From Planctomycetota bacterium (GTDB lineage: Bacteria; Planctomycetota; Planctomycetia; Gemmatales; Gemmataceae): 64,000 bases of DNA. The stretch spans positions 14,234 to 78,233 of the forward strand of contig JAJXWW010000084.1 in the NCBI GenBank assembly GCA_021781415.1, in the 5' to 3' direction. Shown here one piece after another: positions 27,547 through 42,026 of the stretch (position 1 is the first letter of the stretch; every line of letters begins with the position of its first letter). The position numbers and the translations under genes were made by a program. The notes below the pieces were generated by a model. That model was not told the DNA's origin and made no database searches. It was given only the letters and a program-made list of their open reading frames with translations.

Positions 27547-28371
27547 ATGACAGAACCTACAACCAATCCTGAGTTTTCGGCCGTCGCGCCGCCTCCGTTG
27601 CCGCCGGAAGCCGTTTGCGAAGAACCCGCGCCTTCCCACGCAGAGACAACGGCCGAGCCTCCGTCGTCCGACGCCTCGCTCATGGAAGCTCCCGATTCGA
27701 TGGATAGCCCCGAACCAGAAGCGGAATCGGAGCCGATGGAATCCGAGTTGGAATCCGAGCCGGCAGCATCCGAGCCGGTTGCCACCGAACCGGAGACGCC
27801 TGCCGAGCCGCCGAGCAAAAAGCATTGGTACGTCGTCAAGGTGCAAAGCGGGCGTGAGGAGTCGATCAAGGAAGCCATCGAACGCCGCGTCAAAATCGAA
27901 GGGATCGAAGAGTATTACGGACAGATCGTGATTCCCGTGGAGCGCGTCACCGAGATGCGCAACGGCAAGCGAGTGCAGAAGGAACGTAAACTCTATCCGG
28001 GATATTTAATGGTCGAGGTGGAATACAACGACCATATTCTCTATCTATTTCGAGAGACCTCCGGCGTCGGCGATTTTGTGGGCGGTTCGGTGACGCGCGC
28101 CCCGCAACCCATGTCGGATCGAGAAATCGAACGGATGTTGCACGGGCAACAAAAGGGTGGCGAAGCGAAGACCGAGGAAGGCAAAGTCGTCTACACCAAG
28201 CCACGTTTCGGCCCGGGCGACCGCGTCAAAGTCACCGACGGTACTTTTGCTGGCATGGAAGGCGAAGTGAAAGAACTGCACGACCAAAAGGGCAGCGTCA
28301 GCGTCGAGTTGACGATTTTCGGCCGTCCGGTGCAGGTCGAGTTTGAATATTGGCAAGTGGAACAAGCGTAA
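27547..28371 (+). CDS. nusG: transcription termination/antitermination factor NusG (acidic Pro/Glu-rich N-terminal extension)
   Basis: NGN domain starts at KKHWYVVKVQSGREESIKEAI. KOW motif GDRVKVTDGTFAGMEGEV. About 90 aa of low-complexity sequence precede it. Confidence 0.93.
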   Translation: MTEPTTNPEFSAVAPPPLPPEAVCEEPAPSHAETTAEPPSSDASLMEAPDSMDSPEPEAESEPMESELESEPAASEPVATEPETPAEPPSKKHWYVVKVQSGREESIKEAIERRVKIEGIEEYYGQIVIPVERVTEMRNGKRVQKERKLYPGYLMVEVEYNDHILYLFRETSGVGDFVGGSVTRAPQPMSDREIERMLHGQQKGGEAKTEEGKVVYTKPRFGPGDRVKVTDGTFAGMEGEVKELHDQKGSVSVELTIFGRPVQVEFEYWQVEQA

Positions 28372-28374
28372 ATC

Positions 28375-28435
28375 GGAGCCGGAAGCGTAAGCGACGGAGA
28401 AATTTGCCTTTGCCGTCGCTTACGCTTCCGGCTCC
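28375..28435. repeat. palindromic repeat family A, copy 3
   Basis: GGAGCCGGAAGCGTAAGCGACGG, a 15-nt loop, then CCGTCGCTTACGCTTCCGGCTCC. Starts 4 nt after the nusG stop. Confidence 0.9.
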
Positions 28436-28486
28436 GAGTCCGACGAATGAGTTTTGTACGCGAGTGCGTCGAGAAAGGTTATATCC

Positions 28487-28951
28487 ATGGCGCGTCAGGT
28501 TACCGCGCAGATTAAGTTGCAAGTCCCCGGTGGCTCGGCCACGCCCGCGCCTCCCGTCGGCCCCGCGCTCGGCCAACATGGCGTGAATATCGGACAATTT
28601 GTGTCCCAATTCAACGAGCGCTCGAAGGAGATGCGCGGAATCACCCTGCCGGTCGTGATTACCGTCTACTCCGACCGCAGCTTCGATTTTATCATCAAAA
28701 GCCCTCCGGCGGCGGTTCTTCTCAAGCAAGCGGCCGGCATTCCGCTCGAAAAGAAAAAGGGCGGCGAAGTCATCAATGCCGAGGAAAAGGCCAAGGCCAG
28801 CGGCAAGTACAAGGGCTTCAAAGTGACGCCGGCGCAAGTGCGCGAGATCGCCCAAAAGAAACTGCAAGACCTCAACGCGCGCGACGTGGATCACGCCATG
28901 CGCATTATCGAAGGCACGGCCCGTAGTTTGGGACTGGCCGTCGAGGTCTAA
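28487..28951 (+). CDS. rplK: 50S ribosomal protein L11
   Basis: [35 protein letters not shown]. Start at ATG 28487, not the track's 28454. Confidence 0.95.
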   Translation: MARQVTAQIKLQVPGGSATPAPPVGPALGQHGVNIGQFVSQFNERSKEMRGITLPVVITVYSDRSFDFIIKSPPAAVLLKQAAGIPLEKKKGGEVINAEEKAKASGKYKGFKVTPAQVREIAQKKLQDLNARDVDHAMRIIEGTARSLGLAVEV

Positions 28952-29068
28952 ACCAAGTAAGAAACTATCTGGTTCCCGTTGAGAACCAACCCGAAGCGTT
29001 GGCCAGAGCCATTCTCGCCATTCCTTCGTGCTGGTACTGTGTGTTATTGACTTAGAATCGACAGGATC

Positions 29069-29983
29069 ATGGCCAAGAAAAAAACCGACGAGGCCGTCGC
29101 CGAGGCCGCAACGACACCGATCGAACCCGCCGGTGGCGAGGAGAAGAAATCGCGCTCCCCCAAGGCGAAAGCCCCCAAGGCCGAGAGCGAAGCCACGCCG
29201 CCGGTCGCGCCCTCCGTCGCTCCTGCTCCAGCCGCGACTTCCGCGTCGACCAAGAAAAAGGGGCAGCAACCCGGTAAGCCGCCGCAAAAGGGCAAGAAGC
29301 TCCTCAACCGCCTGAAAAACGACCAGCAAAAGATTGCCAAGGCCGGCATCGTTCCGCTCAAACAGGCGATTGGGCTGCTCAAGCAAATCAAGCGCGCCAA
29401 GTTCGACGAAACCGTCGAAGTGCATATGTCGCTCGGCATCGACACGACGCAGAGCGATCAGATGATTCGCGGCAGCGTGCCGTTGCCGCACGGACTCGGC
29501 AAGGTGAAGCGCGTGGTCGTCTTCTGCCAGGGCGACAATGTCGCCAAGGCCAAGGAAGCCGGAGCGGACTTCGCCGGCGGCGACGAACTCGTGGAGAAAG
29601 TGCAGAAGGAAGGCTGGCTCGATTTCGACGTGGCCCTGGCCACGCAGGAAATGATGGGCAAGGTCAGCCGCCTCGGCAAGGTTCTCGGCCCGCGCGGCCT
29701 GATGCCGACGCCCAAGGCCGGCACAGTGGTCACCGCCGGTCAAGACGTGGCCCAAGCGGTGCGCGAGCAGAAAGCCGGCAAGGTCGAGTATCGCTCCGAT
29801 AAGGGCGGCAACGTCCACGCCGGGGTGGGCAAGATCAGTTTCGACGAGGACAAGATCGCGGCGAATGTGGTCGCCTTCGTCGAACAAATACGCGCCGCCA
29901 AACCGGCTGGCATCAAAGGCAATTATGTGAAGTCAATCACCCTCGCGGCGACTATGACACCTGGCATCCCCGTCACCATGTAA
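29069..29983 (+). CDS. rplA: 50S ribosomal protein L1 (Lys/Ala/Pro-rich N-terminal extension)
   Basis: The core [34 protein letters not shown] is L1-like. About 80 aa of low-complexity sequence precede it. Confidence 0.93.
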   Translation: MAKKKTDEAVAEAATTPIEPAGGEEKKSRSPKAKAPKAESEATPPVAPSVAPAPAATSASTKKKGQQPGKPPQKGKKLLNRLKNDQQKIAKAGIVPLKQAIGLLKQIKRAKFDETVEVHMSLGIDTTQSDQMIRGSVPLPHGLGKVKRVVVFCQGDNVAKAKEAGADFAGGDELVEKVQKEGWLDFDVALATQEMMGKVSRLGKVLGPRGLMPTPKAGTVVTAGQDVAQAVREQKAGKVEYRSDKGGNVHAGVGKISFDEDKIAANVVAFVEQIRAAKPAGIKGNYVKSITLAATMTPGIPVTM

Positions 29984-29986
29984 GAT

Positions 29987-30074
29987 CGGCTTTCGGGAAT
30001 CGGCAATCGGCTATTGACTCAAGAGGTCGGATAGCGATTTGGGCCGATTGCCGTTAGTCGATTGCCGAAAGCCG
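29987..30074 (+). promoter_or_regulatory. long imperfect hairpin in the rplJ 5' leader (candidate L10 autoregulatory leader)
   Basis: CGGCTTTCGG..AATC.GGCAATCGGC (29987-30012) pairs with GCCGATTGCC..GATT..CCGAAAGCCG (30043-30074). It ends 4 nt before the rplJ ATG and covers the RBS region. Confidence 0.45.
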
Positions 30075-30078
30075 AAGT

Positions 30079-30636
30079 ATGAGCAAAGTCATCAAGCAGA
30101 TGGAAATGGATGCGTTGCGGAGCGATTTCAACGGCGTCCGCGACGCGGTGGTGTTGAGCATGAAAGGGCTAGATTGCCATCTCGAAGGCTCGCTGCGCGC
30201 CACGCTTCGCAAGAAGAATATCCGCCTCAAGATGGTCAAGAATAGTCTGACGCGGCGCGTGTTTAACGACCTGGGGGTTCCCATCCCCGCCGAGTCTCCG
30301 CTGTGGGCTGGTCCGACGACGTTCGCGTGGGGGGCCAACAGTATCGCCGAGTTGAGCCGGGCCATCGACGACGAGTTGAAGAAGTCCAAAAACTCGGCGG
30401 CCTACAAAGATAAAGTCAACATTAAAGGCGCGCTGGCCGACGGCCAGGTAATCGGTTTCGATCTGGCGCTGAAGATGCCGACGCGCGAAGAGGCCATCGC
30501 GCAACTCGTCGGCATGATTCTGGGGCCGGGGTCGGCTATTGCCGGTTGCTTGACCGGGCCGATTTCGCAAGTGGCCAGCCAGATTCAGACCATCGCCGAG
30601 AAGACCGAAGAAGCGCCTGCCGCCGCGGCGGAATGA
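30079..30636 (+). CDS. rplJ: 50S ribosomal protein L10
   Basis: MSKVIKQMEMDALRSDFNGVRDAVVLSMKGL...LRKKNIRLKMVKNSL. Conserved rplA-rplJ-rplL order. Confidence 0.93.
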   Translation: MSKVIKQMEMDALRSDFNGVRDAVVLSMKGLDCHLEGSLRATLRKKNIRLKMVKNSLTRRVFNDLGVPIPAESPLWAGPTTFAWGANSIAELSRAIDDELKKSKNSAAYKDKVNIKGALADGQVIGFDLALKMPTREEAIAQLVGMILGPGSAIAGCLTGPISQVASQIQTIAEKTEEAPAAAAE

Positions 30637-30643
30637 TTCCCTC

Positions 30644-30717
30644 GGTTAGCCGTGACGCGGAGCGAGCGCTTGACCGGCGAGACGCCGGTCCCACCGCGCT
30701 CCGCGTCGCGGCTAACC
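30644..30717. repeat. palindromic repeat family B, copy 3
   Basis: GGTTAGCCGTGACGCGGAGCG...CGCTCCGCGTCGCGGCTAACC, with an inner hairpin GACCGGCG-AGA-CGCCGGTC. One T-G (wobble-compatible) position. Confidence 0.9.
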
Positions 30718-30795
30718 GAATACGACCGATAGGCTATTACGCGAATCGCCGCATTGCTTCACGCGGCAACCGCATCAGGAAAGGAATAGTAGACC

Positions 30796-31215
30796 ATGTC
30801 AGAAGGGACCGGAACCAGCTTCGAGAGCGACATCATGGAGCTGGGAGATAAGATCGCGGCGTTGACCATCACCAAGGCCGTTCAGTTAAAAGATTATCTG
30901 AAAGAGAAGTACAAGATCGAACCCGCCGCGGGTGGCGTCGTGATGGCGGCCGGCCCCGGAGGCGGTGGTGCCGCCGCTCCCGCCGAGAAAGTCGAACAGA
31001 CCGAGTTCACCGTCATCCTCGAGGGCCTCGCGGACCCGGCCAAGAAGATCAACGTCATCAAGGTCGTCCGCGAAATCACCAACCTCGGCCTCAAGGAAGC
31101 CAAGGATTTGGTGGAAGGCGCTCCGAAGCCCGTCAAGGAAAACGTGGCCAAGGACGAAGCCGCCGCGATCAAGAAAAAGCTGGAAGAAGGCGGCGCGAAA
31201 GCCAGCATGAAGTAA
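30796..31215 (+). CDS. rplL: 50S ribosomal protein L7/L12
   Basis: Ala/Gly hinge, then C-terminal domain [39 protein letters not shown]. Confidence 0.95.
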   Translation: MSEGTGTSFESDIMELGDKIAALTITKAVQLKDYLKEKYKIEPAAGGVVMAAGPGGGGAAAPAEKVEQTEFTVILEGLADPAKKINVIKVVREITNLGLKEAKDLVEGAPKPVKENVAKDEAAAIKKKLEEGGAKASMK

Positions 31216-31228
31216 GGAAATGGGCGAG

Positions 31229-31248
31229 CAGGGGGCGCAAGCCCCCTG
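31229..31248 (+). terminator. GC-rich tetraloop hairpin after rplL (candidate attenuator/terminator)
   Basis: CAGGGGGC, loop GCAA, then GCCCCCTG. 8-bp stem, 14 nt after the rplL stop, followed by ACGTTTG. Confidence 0.5.
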
Positions 31249-31476
31249 ACGTTTGCCTTCGGGGAACTGAGGCCCCCAACTCGCTTGGGGAAAATTTTCC
31301 TTGCATTTCGCGTGCCTTTGTGGTGAAATAACATAAGATGGTTATTTGCACTGCTGGACTAGAGGCGCGGCGACGATCGCTCGGCGGTTGTTTGGACGGA
31401 GCCGTCGAACGCGAATGGAAATGGAACCGTGGACTGCACGCGTGCCACTTAACAGCCTTTTCCCTCGCCCCCGGTT

Positions 31477-31504
31477 GAAAAAAGGCCAAGCCTTGAGCTT
31501 GGCT
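31477..31504 (-). terminator. orphan minus-strand intrinsic terminator in the rplL-rpoB spacer
   Basis: Minus strand reads GCCAAGC-TCAAG-GCTTGGC followed by CTTTTTTC. No credible minus-strand CDS lies upstream of it. Confidence 0.45.
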
Positions 31505-31780
31505 GCGCTCGCGCGCCGACAAGATATGGAAGGGGCGAACATCCGGAACCGACCCGTTGGAGATCCCGTATCGACACCGCTTCGAACAGGGCCGTTCGAC
31601 ATGGTAACTCTTGGGACGACTCCATCAACGATTCTTGCACCCTTGAACGATCATCCAAATACCGACCGGCGGCCCCGTGCCGAACCGACACCGTGAGTTG
31701 ACGCGGCCCTCAGCGATCGCACCGTGCCGGCTTGGCTCTTGCCGCTTCGTATCCGTTGCTTTTTGGGAGGAGCACCCGCT

Positions 31781-34700
31781 ATGCCCGTCCCCGCTGTTCG
31801 TACTCTTGTGCCCGAAAAAACCCGCAACTTCGGTCGCTTCGGCGATACCGCCAAGGTACCGCCGTTGACCGCCATTCAGACGCGCTCCTACGAGCGCTTT
31901 CTGCAGTTAGACCTGCCCCCCGACCAGCGGGAGGCGATCGGACTCGAAGGCGTTCTCCGCGAGATATTCCCCATAAAGAGCTACGATAACACTCTCTCTC
32001 TGGAATATCTGCGCTACGAACTGGGCAAGCCGCGCTACGGCCCCGACGAATGCCGCCAACTCCGCCTCACCTACGGCCGACCGTTCAAAGTTTGGCTTCG
32101 CCTCGTCAAGGAGCAGCCCGTCGAGGAAGAAGTCTACCTCGGCGACATGCCCATCATGATCGGCGGCGGCGAGTTCATCATCAACGGTGCCGAGCGCGTC
32201 GTCGTCAGCCAACTGCACCGCTCGCCCGGCGTCGATTTCGTCGTCGAGACCGAAGGCAGCGATAAGAAGCTCCATTCTTGCCGCATCATCCCCGAGCGCG
32301 GCAGCTGGATCGAAGTTAACGTCACCAAGAAAGACACCCTCGGCGTTCGCATCGACCAATCCGGAAAGTTCTCGTCCATGACGCTGCTGCGCGCCATGGA
32401 CCCCGCCTACTCCACCGACGCCGACATTCTACGCGCCTTTTACCCGACCGAGACCATAAAAACCAATAGCAAAGACGCCCGCGCCAGGGTCAAAGGCGCT
32501 ACCGCGGTCGGCGATGTCATCGACCCGGAGACCGGCGAAGTCTATCTCGACAGCGGCGAGACGTTTACCGACGAGAAACTCGACGTCATCTTCGCCAGTG
32601 CCACCACCGAAGTGACAATCCTCACCAAGGTCAAGGATCCGCTCATCCTCGCGTCGCTGAAGGAAGATCCAACCAACACGCACGAAGAGGCGTTGCTGAA
32701 GATCTATCAGCGACTTCGTCCGGGCAATCCCCCGCAGTTGGAAAAAGCCAAAGAACTGTTCAAAGAGAAGTTTCAAGATCCCAATCGCTATCGGCTCGGC
32801 AAGGTCGGACGGTTCCGCATCAACCGCAAATTCGACCAGAATATCGAAGAGTCGGAAATGACGCTGCGGGCGCTCGATTACCTCAACGCCATTCGCTATG
32901 TGATGAAGCTGCGCGCCAACGAAGGTCACATCGACGACATCGACCATCTGGGCAATCGCCGCGTTCGCACCATCGACGAACTGGCCGCCGATGAGTTGCG
33001 CAAGGGTTTTCTCAAGCTTCGCCGCACGGTGCAAGAGCGCATGTCGATCCGCGATCAGCAGGATATGACGCCGCGCTCGCTCATCAATCCCAAGTCGATT
33101 TCCGCCGCCATCGAGTATTTCTTCGGCCGCGGCGAATTGAGCCAGGTCGTCGATCAGACCAATCCGCTCTCGCAATTGACGCACGAACGGCGACTGTCGG
33201 CCCTTGGGCCTGGCGGTTTGAATCGCAAACGAGCCGGCTTCGACGTGCGCGACGTACACATCTCGCACTACGGTCGCATCTGCCCCATCGAGACGCCGGA
33301 AGGCACGAACATCGGCCTGATTTCTCACTTGAGCATTTATGCCGACGTGGATGAGTATGGCTTCCTCATCACCCCCTATCGCGCCGTCAAGCAGCGCAAG
33401 CTGACGGACGAAGTGAAGCAGCTGCGCGCCGATGAGGAATCGTTGGCTCATCTGGCCCCGGCCGATGCGCCGACCGACGGCCAAAAGGTGACGCAAGAAC
33501 GCATCATCGCTCGATTCGGCGGCGACTTCGCGTCGATTCCCGCCGATCAAGTGCAGTACATCGACATCAGCCCCAAGCAAATGGTCGGCGTCTCGGCCGG
33601 TCTGATTCCGTTTTTGGAACACGACGACGCCAACCGCGCCTTGATGGGTTCCAACATGCAACGGCAAGCCGTGCCTTTGCTCGTGACCGAACCTCCGATC
33701 GTGGCCACGGGTCTGGAAAAGGACGTGGCCTACAACAGCGGCATGGTCGTGAAAGCCCAGCGAAACGGAACCGTCACCCACGTCGACGCCCAACGCATCC
33801 GCGTCGATGAGCGCGAGTACACGCTGCGCAAGTACACCGGCTTGAACGAGCATACTTGCCTCAATCAGAAACCGCTGGTGCGCGTCGGCCAAAAGGTCAA
33901 GGCGGGTGAAGTGATCGCCGACGGAGCTGCCACCAGTCACGGCGAATTGGCCCTGGGACGCAACGTCCTCGTCGCCTTCATGTCGTGGGACGGGTACAAC
34001 TTCGAGGATGCCATCATCATCAGCGAAAAGCTGGTGGAAAACGATACCTACACCTCGATTCACATTGAGGAGTTCGAGATCGAGATCCGCGAAACCAAGC
34101 TCGGCAAGGAGGAGTTCACCCGCGATATCCCCAACGTCTCGCCCAAGGCGTTGTCCAACCTGGACGAGTACGGCATTGTCCGCGTCGGCACGTTCGTCGT
34201 GCCCGGAGACATTCTGGTCGGCAAGGTGTCGCCCAAATCCAAGAGCGAGCTGACGCCGGAAGAGAAACTCTTGCACGCCATCTTCGGCCGCGCCGGTGAA
34301 GACGTGAAGAACGACAGCTTGGACGTGCCGTCCGGCGTCGAAGGCATCGTCATCGAGACCCAGCGTTTCAGCCGCCGGGCTTCGATGACCGAGGACGAAA
34401 AGAAAGCCTTCGATAAAGAGCTAAAGGAGATGGACAATCGCTTCAATAAACAGATCGCCGATCAATTTCGGGCCATGGTTGCCGAGTTGGCCGCGGTTCT
34501 GGAGAAGCCGACGCTGAAGGACAACGTCAGCAACAAAACGCTGGGGCACGACAAGGACGACAAGGCCGTTGTCGAGCAAGCGGTCTCGTTCCGCCTCGAC
34601 CACTTGGACGTGCGCAGTCCCGAACGCAAGAAGCAGTGCGTCGAGATCCATCAACGGCACAAGGAACGCCTCGACTTTTTGTTCGACGAGAAGGAACGCA

Positions 34701-35479
34701 AGCTGAATTCGATGAAGCGCGGCGACGAACTTCCGAGCGGCGTGCAACAGATGGTCAAAGTGTACGTGGCCACCAAGCGACAAATCTCGGTCGGCGACAA
34801 GATGGCGGGACGCCACGGCAACAAGGGGGTGATCTCCAAGATTCTGCCGGTCGAGGACATGCCGTACATGGCCGACGGTACGCCGGTGGACATCCTGCTC
34901 AATCCCTTGGGCGTGCCCAGCCGTATGAACGTCGGCCAGATTCTTGAGACGCACTTGGGCTGGGCGGCGCAGAAGTTGGGCTTCAAGGCGGTGACGCCGG
35001 TGTTCGACGGAGCGACCGAAGAAGAGATTCGCAAGTGCCTCAAGGAGGCCGGCATCTCCGAGACGGGCAAATCGTATTTGTACGATGGCCGCACCGGCGA
35101 CCGTTTCGAGCAACCGGTGACGGTCGGCTACATCTACATGCTCAAGCTGCACCATTTGGTGGACGACAAGGTTCACGCACGCGCCACGGGGCCTTACTCG
35201 CTCATCACGCAGCAGCCGTTGGGCGGCAAGGCGCGGTTCGGCGGGCAGCGGTTCGGCGAGATGGAAGTGTGGGCGCTGGAAGCCTACGGCGCAGCCTTTA
35301 TCTTGCAAGAGTTGCTGACCGTCAAATCGGACGACGTGGAAGGTCGGACCAAGATCTACGAGTCGATGGTCAAGGGAGAGAATACGTTGGAGGCCGGCAC
35401 GCCCGCCAGCTTCGACGTACTCACCAACGAAATCCGCGGCCTGGCTTTGAACATGCAGTTGGAGAAGAAGCGATCGTAG
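31781..35479 (+). CDS. rpoB: DNA-directed RNA polymerase subunit beta
   Basis: GGGAGGA SD before ATG 31781. Conserved blocks include [33 protein letters not shown] and NMQRQAVPL. Confidence 0.97.
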   Translation: MPVPAVRTLVPEKTRNFGRFGDTAKVPPLTAIQTRSYERFLQLDLPPDQREAIGLEGVLREIFPIKSYDNTLSLEYLRYELGKPRYGPDECRQLRLTYGRPFKVWLRLVKEQPVEEEVYLGDMPIMIGGGEFIINGAERVVVSQLHRSPGVDFVVETEGSDKKLHSCRIIPERGSWIEVNVTKKDTLGVRIDQSGKFSSMTLLRAMDPAYSTDADILRAFYPTETIKTNSKDARARVKGATAVGDVIDPETGEVYLDSGETFTDEKLDVIFASATTEVTILTKVKDPLILASLKEDPTNTHEEALLKIYQRLRPGNPPQLEKAKELFKEKFQDPNRYRLGKVGRFRINRKFDQNIEESEMTLRALDYLNAIRYVMKLRANEGHIDDIDHLGNRRVRTIDELAADELRKGFLKLRRTVQERMSIRDQQDMTPRSLINPKSISAAIEYFFGRGELSQVVDQTNPLSQLTHERRLSALGPGGLNRKRAGFDVRDVHISHYGRICPIETPEGTNIGLISHLSIYADVDEYGFLITPYRAVKQRKLTDEVKQLRADEESLAHLAPADAPTDGQKVTQERIIARFGGDFASIPADQVQYIDISPKQMVGVSAGLIPFLEHDDANRALMGSNMQRQAVPLLVTEPPIVATGLEKDVAYNSGMVVKAQRNGTVTHVDAQRIRVDEREYTLRKYTGLNEHTCLNQKPLVRVGQKVKAGEVIADGAATSHGELALGRNVLVAFMSWDGYNFEDAIIISEKLVENDTYTSIHIEEFEIEIRETKLGKEEFTRDIPNVSPKALSNLDEYGIVRVGTFVVPGDILVGKVSPKSKSELTPEEKLLHAIFGRAGEDVKNDSLDVPSGVEGIVIETQRFSRRASMTEDEKKAFDKELKEMDNRFNKQIADQFRAMVAELAAVLEKPTLKDNVSNKTLGHDKDDKAVVEQAVSFRLDHLDVRSPERKKQCVEIHQRHKERLDFLFDEKERKLNSMKRGDELPSGVQQMVKVYVATKRQISVGDKMAGRHGNKGVISKILPVEDMPYMADGTPVDILLNPLGVPSRMNVGQILETHLGWAAQKLGFKAVTPVFDGATEEEIRKCLKEAGISETGKSYLYDGRTGDRFEQPVTVGYIYMLKLHHLVDDKVHARATGPYSLITQQPLGGKARFGGQRFGEMEVWALEAYGAAFILQELLTVKSDDVEGRTKIYESMVKGENTLEAGTPASFDVLTNEIRGLALNMQLEKKRS

Positions 35480-35609
35480 AGCGAGCTGGGACGATGACAA
35501 CCGATCTCGCTTGCGAGCGCGTGTACCGGAACGTAGGAATGGCGACCCGGCTTGCACGAGTCACTTGGCTGACTCCCGAAGAAGGGAGCCGAAACGTGCC
35601 TCCCATAAG

Positions 35610-35722
35610 CCCTCCTCGTACATGTACTCAGGGAAGAGGGGTCGGGGGTGAGGGGCGAGAATGCTCGAAAAAAAATTACTCCCTCACCCCAACTCCTCGC
35701 CTGCCGAGTACAGGGGCGAGGG
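35610..35722. repeat. cluster of family C palindromes in the rpoB-rpoC spacer
   Basis: CCCTCCTCGTACATGTACTCAGGGAAGAGGG (35610-35640). GGGGTGAGGG...CCCTCACCCC hairpin (35645-35690). Inverted copy CCTCGCCTGCCGAGTACAGGGGCGAGG (35695-35721). Shares the GTACTC(A/G)G core with 40400 and 44247. Confidence 0.8.
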
Positions 35723-35996
35723 GCTTTTGGGACGGCCTCCAGAGGCCGTCCATCAAGCTCGCGTGCGGAAGAGGCTGATTCGTCCCGCCTCGGACGAAGA
35801 AATTCAAAGGGTGAGGGAACCGGGTAATTCGCGTTCCCTCAGATAACGCGCTGTATTGCCGCTCGACACCAAGGGGAGAATCGTTGAGGAACGTAGCTTC
35901 GGTTTTCGCGCGGACGGCGGCCGCCGAGAAGACGGCACGAGGCAGCTATTCTCGATTAAGCAGATATTCAAACCCTGTATCTCGGGGAGACTACTT

Positions 35997-40382
<4,386 letters not shown>

Positions 40383-40399
40383 GAGTCGATCCGCAAAGC

Positions 40400-40429
40400 C
40401 CCCTCTCCCCTGTACTCAGGGGAGAGGGG
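40400..40429. repeat. family C palindrome (13-bp perfect stem, TACT loop) after rpoC
   Basis: CCCCTCTCCCCTG, loop TACT, then CAGGGGAGAGGGG. Preceded by GATCCGCAAAGCC, which is also found at 44247. Confidence 0.9.
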
Positions 40430-40516
40430 CGGGAATTGGCGAGGAACTCATTCCAACCCCTCTGCCCTTGAGTCTGGAGCGGTTTCTTTTCGGATTGCAT
40501 ACAACGAACGGTATTG

Positions 40517-40580
40517 TGGTTGGCCGCGACGCGCAGCGGAGCGCGAGACAACGCGCTCCGCTGCGCGTCGCGGCTAACCA
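40517..40580. repeat. palindromic repeat family B, copy 4 (between convergent rpoC and cca)
   Basis: TGGTTGGCCGCGACGCGCAGCGGAGCGCG, loop AGACAA, then CGCGCTCCGCTGCGCGTCGCGGCTAACCA. One G-T position. Confidence 0.9.
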
Positions 40581-40610
40581 ACGTGTGAGTGATCCGCGGG
40601 AAACCGTCGC

Positions 40611-41999
40611 TTACTCGCTCTGTTGACGTGTCACCACATCCCAGGCTTCTTCTTTTTTATGGATGGCTCCATCGAGTTGGGCCTCTCGCACGGCATCTAA
40701 AAGCTTCTTGAAGTTTGGCCCCGGTTTGTGGCCGGCTTGGATCAGGTCGTCGCCGGTAAGCAGAGGAGGAGGATCGAGTTCCGCGCGGCTCCACCGTGCG
40801 AGCAGGTCTTCGCAGTGGGCGACGTGATCCGTGTCTCGGCCCGAAGCCAAGGCGTCGGCGCGATGCAGTTGCAGCAATTCGTGGATGCCCGGATGGATCA
40901 ACAGCGTTTTCAACTTGCTCGGTCGCATCTGCCGGGCATCGCTGAGGATCTGATGCTTCTCCACCAGCCATTCGATGCGCTTTTGCTCGTCGTTGGATAG
41001 CTTGAGTCGTTCGGCAATCTCTCCCGCCATGCGCCGTCCGACGTGTTCGTGGCCGTAGAAAGTGTAGCGATCCGGCGTGCGTCCCACCGTGCGCGGCTTG
41101 CCGACATCGTGCAACAGAGCCGCCATCGCCAGAGAAAACGATACTTCTCCTCCGAGAAGATCGAGAACGCGCAGGACGTGTTCCCACAGATCCACAACGC
41201 CTTCGCCGACATCGGGGCCGGGGCGTCCCGGAGGCGGCAGCGCCGGACCATCGGGGCGAGGCAATCCCTGCGGCAAACCCTGCATCGGCAACAATTCCGG
41301 CAAGATCGACTCCGCTAATCCTAAATCCACGAACGTTCTCATGCCCCGCGCGCGCGTGGCATCGACGAGCAGCTTCCGCAGTTCCTCGGCGATGCGCTCG
41401 GCGCTGACGACGCCGATCCGCGAGGCCATGGCGCGCATCGCGTTCACCGTGCCCGGGTCGATCTCCAAATCGAAGTGCGTGGCCTGACGCACGCCGCGCA
41501 ACATGCGCAGCTTGTCCTCGTCGAAGCGTCGAAACGGATCGCCGATGGCGCGGAGAAGCCTGGCCCGCAGATCGTCTTGTCCGCCGACATAATCGATCAG
41601 GCGATTTTCCAGAGGATCGAAGAACATGCCGTTGATGGTGAAATCGCGGCGCAAGGCGTCCTCGCGGGCCGACGAGAACACGACGGCATCGGGTCGCCGT
41701 CCATCGCTGTAAGAGACATCGGATCGAAACGTGGCGACTTGTACTTTGAGAAGGCCCTCCGGCGCGCGCGGCCCCAGCACCTCGACCACGCCGAAGCTCA
41801 TGCCGACGGCGACGGTGCGACGAAACATTCGGCGCACTTCCTCCGGAAGCGCCGAGGTGGCCACATCGTAGTCTTTCGGAAGGATGCCGAGCAACTCATC
41901 GCGGACGCAACCGCCCGCCCACAGCGCTTCGTACCCCGCCTCGCGCAGACGACGAACCACGTCGAGGGCGAAATCGCGTTCGGTCAACGGGACGCTCAT
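40611..41999 (-). CDS. cca: CCA-adding enzyme / poly(A) polymerase-family tRNA nucleotidyltransferase with HD domain
   Basis: GGCVRDELLG...DYDVAT head-domain motif. C-terminal HD motif LLHDVGKP...GHEHVG. Confidence 0.85.
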   Translation of the reverse strand: MSVPLTERDFALDVVRRLREAGYEALWAGGCVRDELLGILPKDYDVATSALPEEVRRMFRRTVAVGMSFGVVEVLGPRAPEGLLKVQVATFRSDVSYSDGRRPDAVVFSSAREDALRRDFTINGMFFDPLENRLIDYVGGQDDLRARLLRAIGDPFRRFDEDKLRMLRGVRQATHFDLEIDPGTVNAMRAMASRIGVVSAERIAEELRKLLVDATRARGMRTFVDLGLAESILPELLPMQGLPQGLPRPDGPALPPPGRPGPDVGEGVVDLWEHVLRVLDLLGGEVSFSLAMAALLHDVGKPRTVGRTPDRYTFYGHEHVGRRMAGEIAERLKLSNDEQKRIEWLVEKHQILSDARQMRPSKLKTLLIHPGIHELLQLHRADALASGRDTDHVAHCEDLLARWSRAELDPPPLLTGDDLIQAGHKPGPNFKKLLDAVREAQLDGAIHKKEEAWDVVTRQQSE

Positions 42000-42026
42000 G
42001 GGTTTTCCTTGCCGTCCTCCGCGCGG

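Noticed and set aside
31342-31691. Minus-strand ORFs of 86 and 80 aa in the rplL-rpoB spacer as possible small proteins
   Set aside because: They have no SD and Arg/Ser/Gly-rich translations, and they overlap each other in different frames. The minus-strand signal here is better explained as a possible non-coding RNA (see findings).
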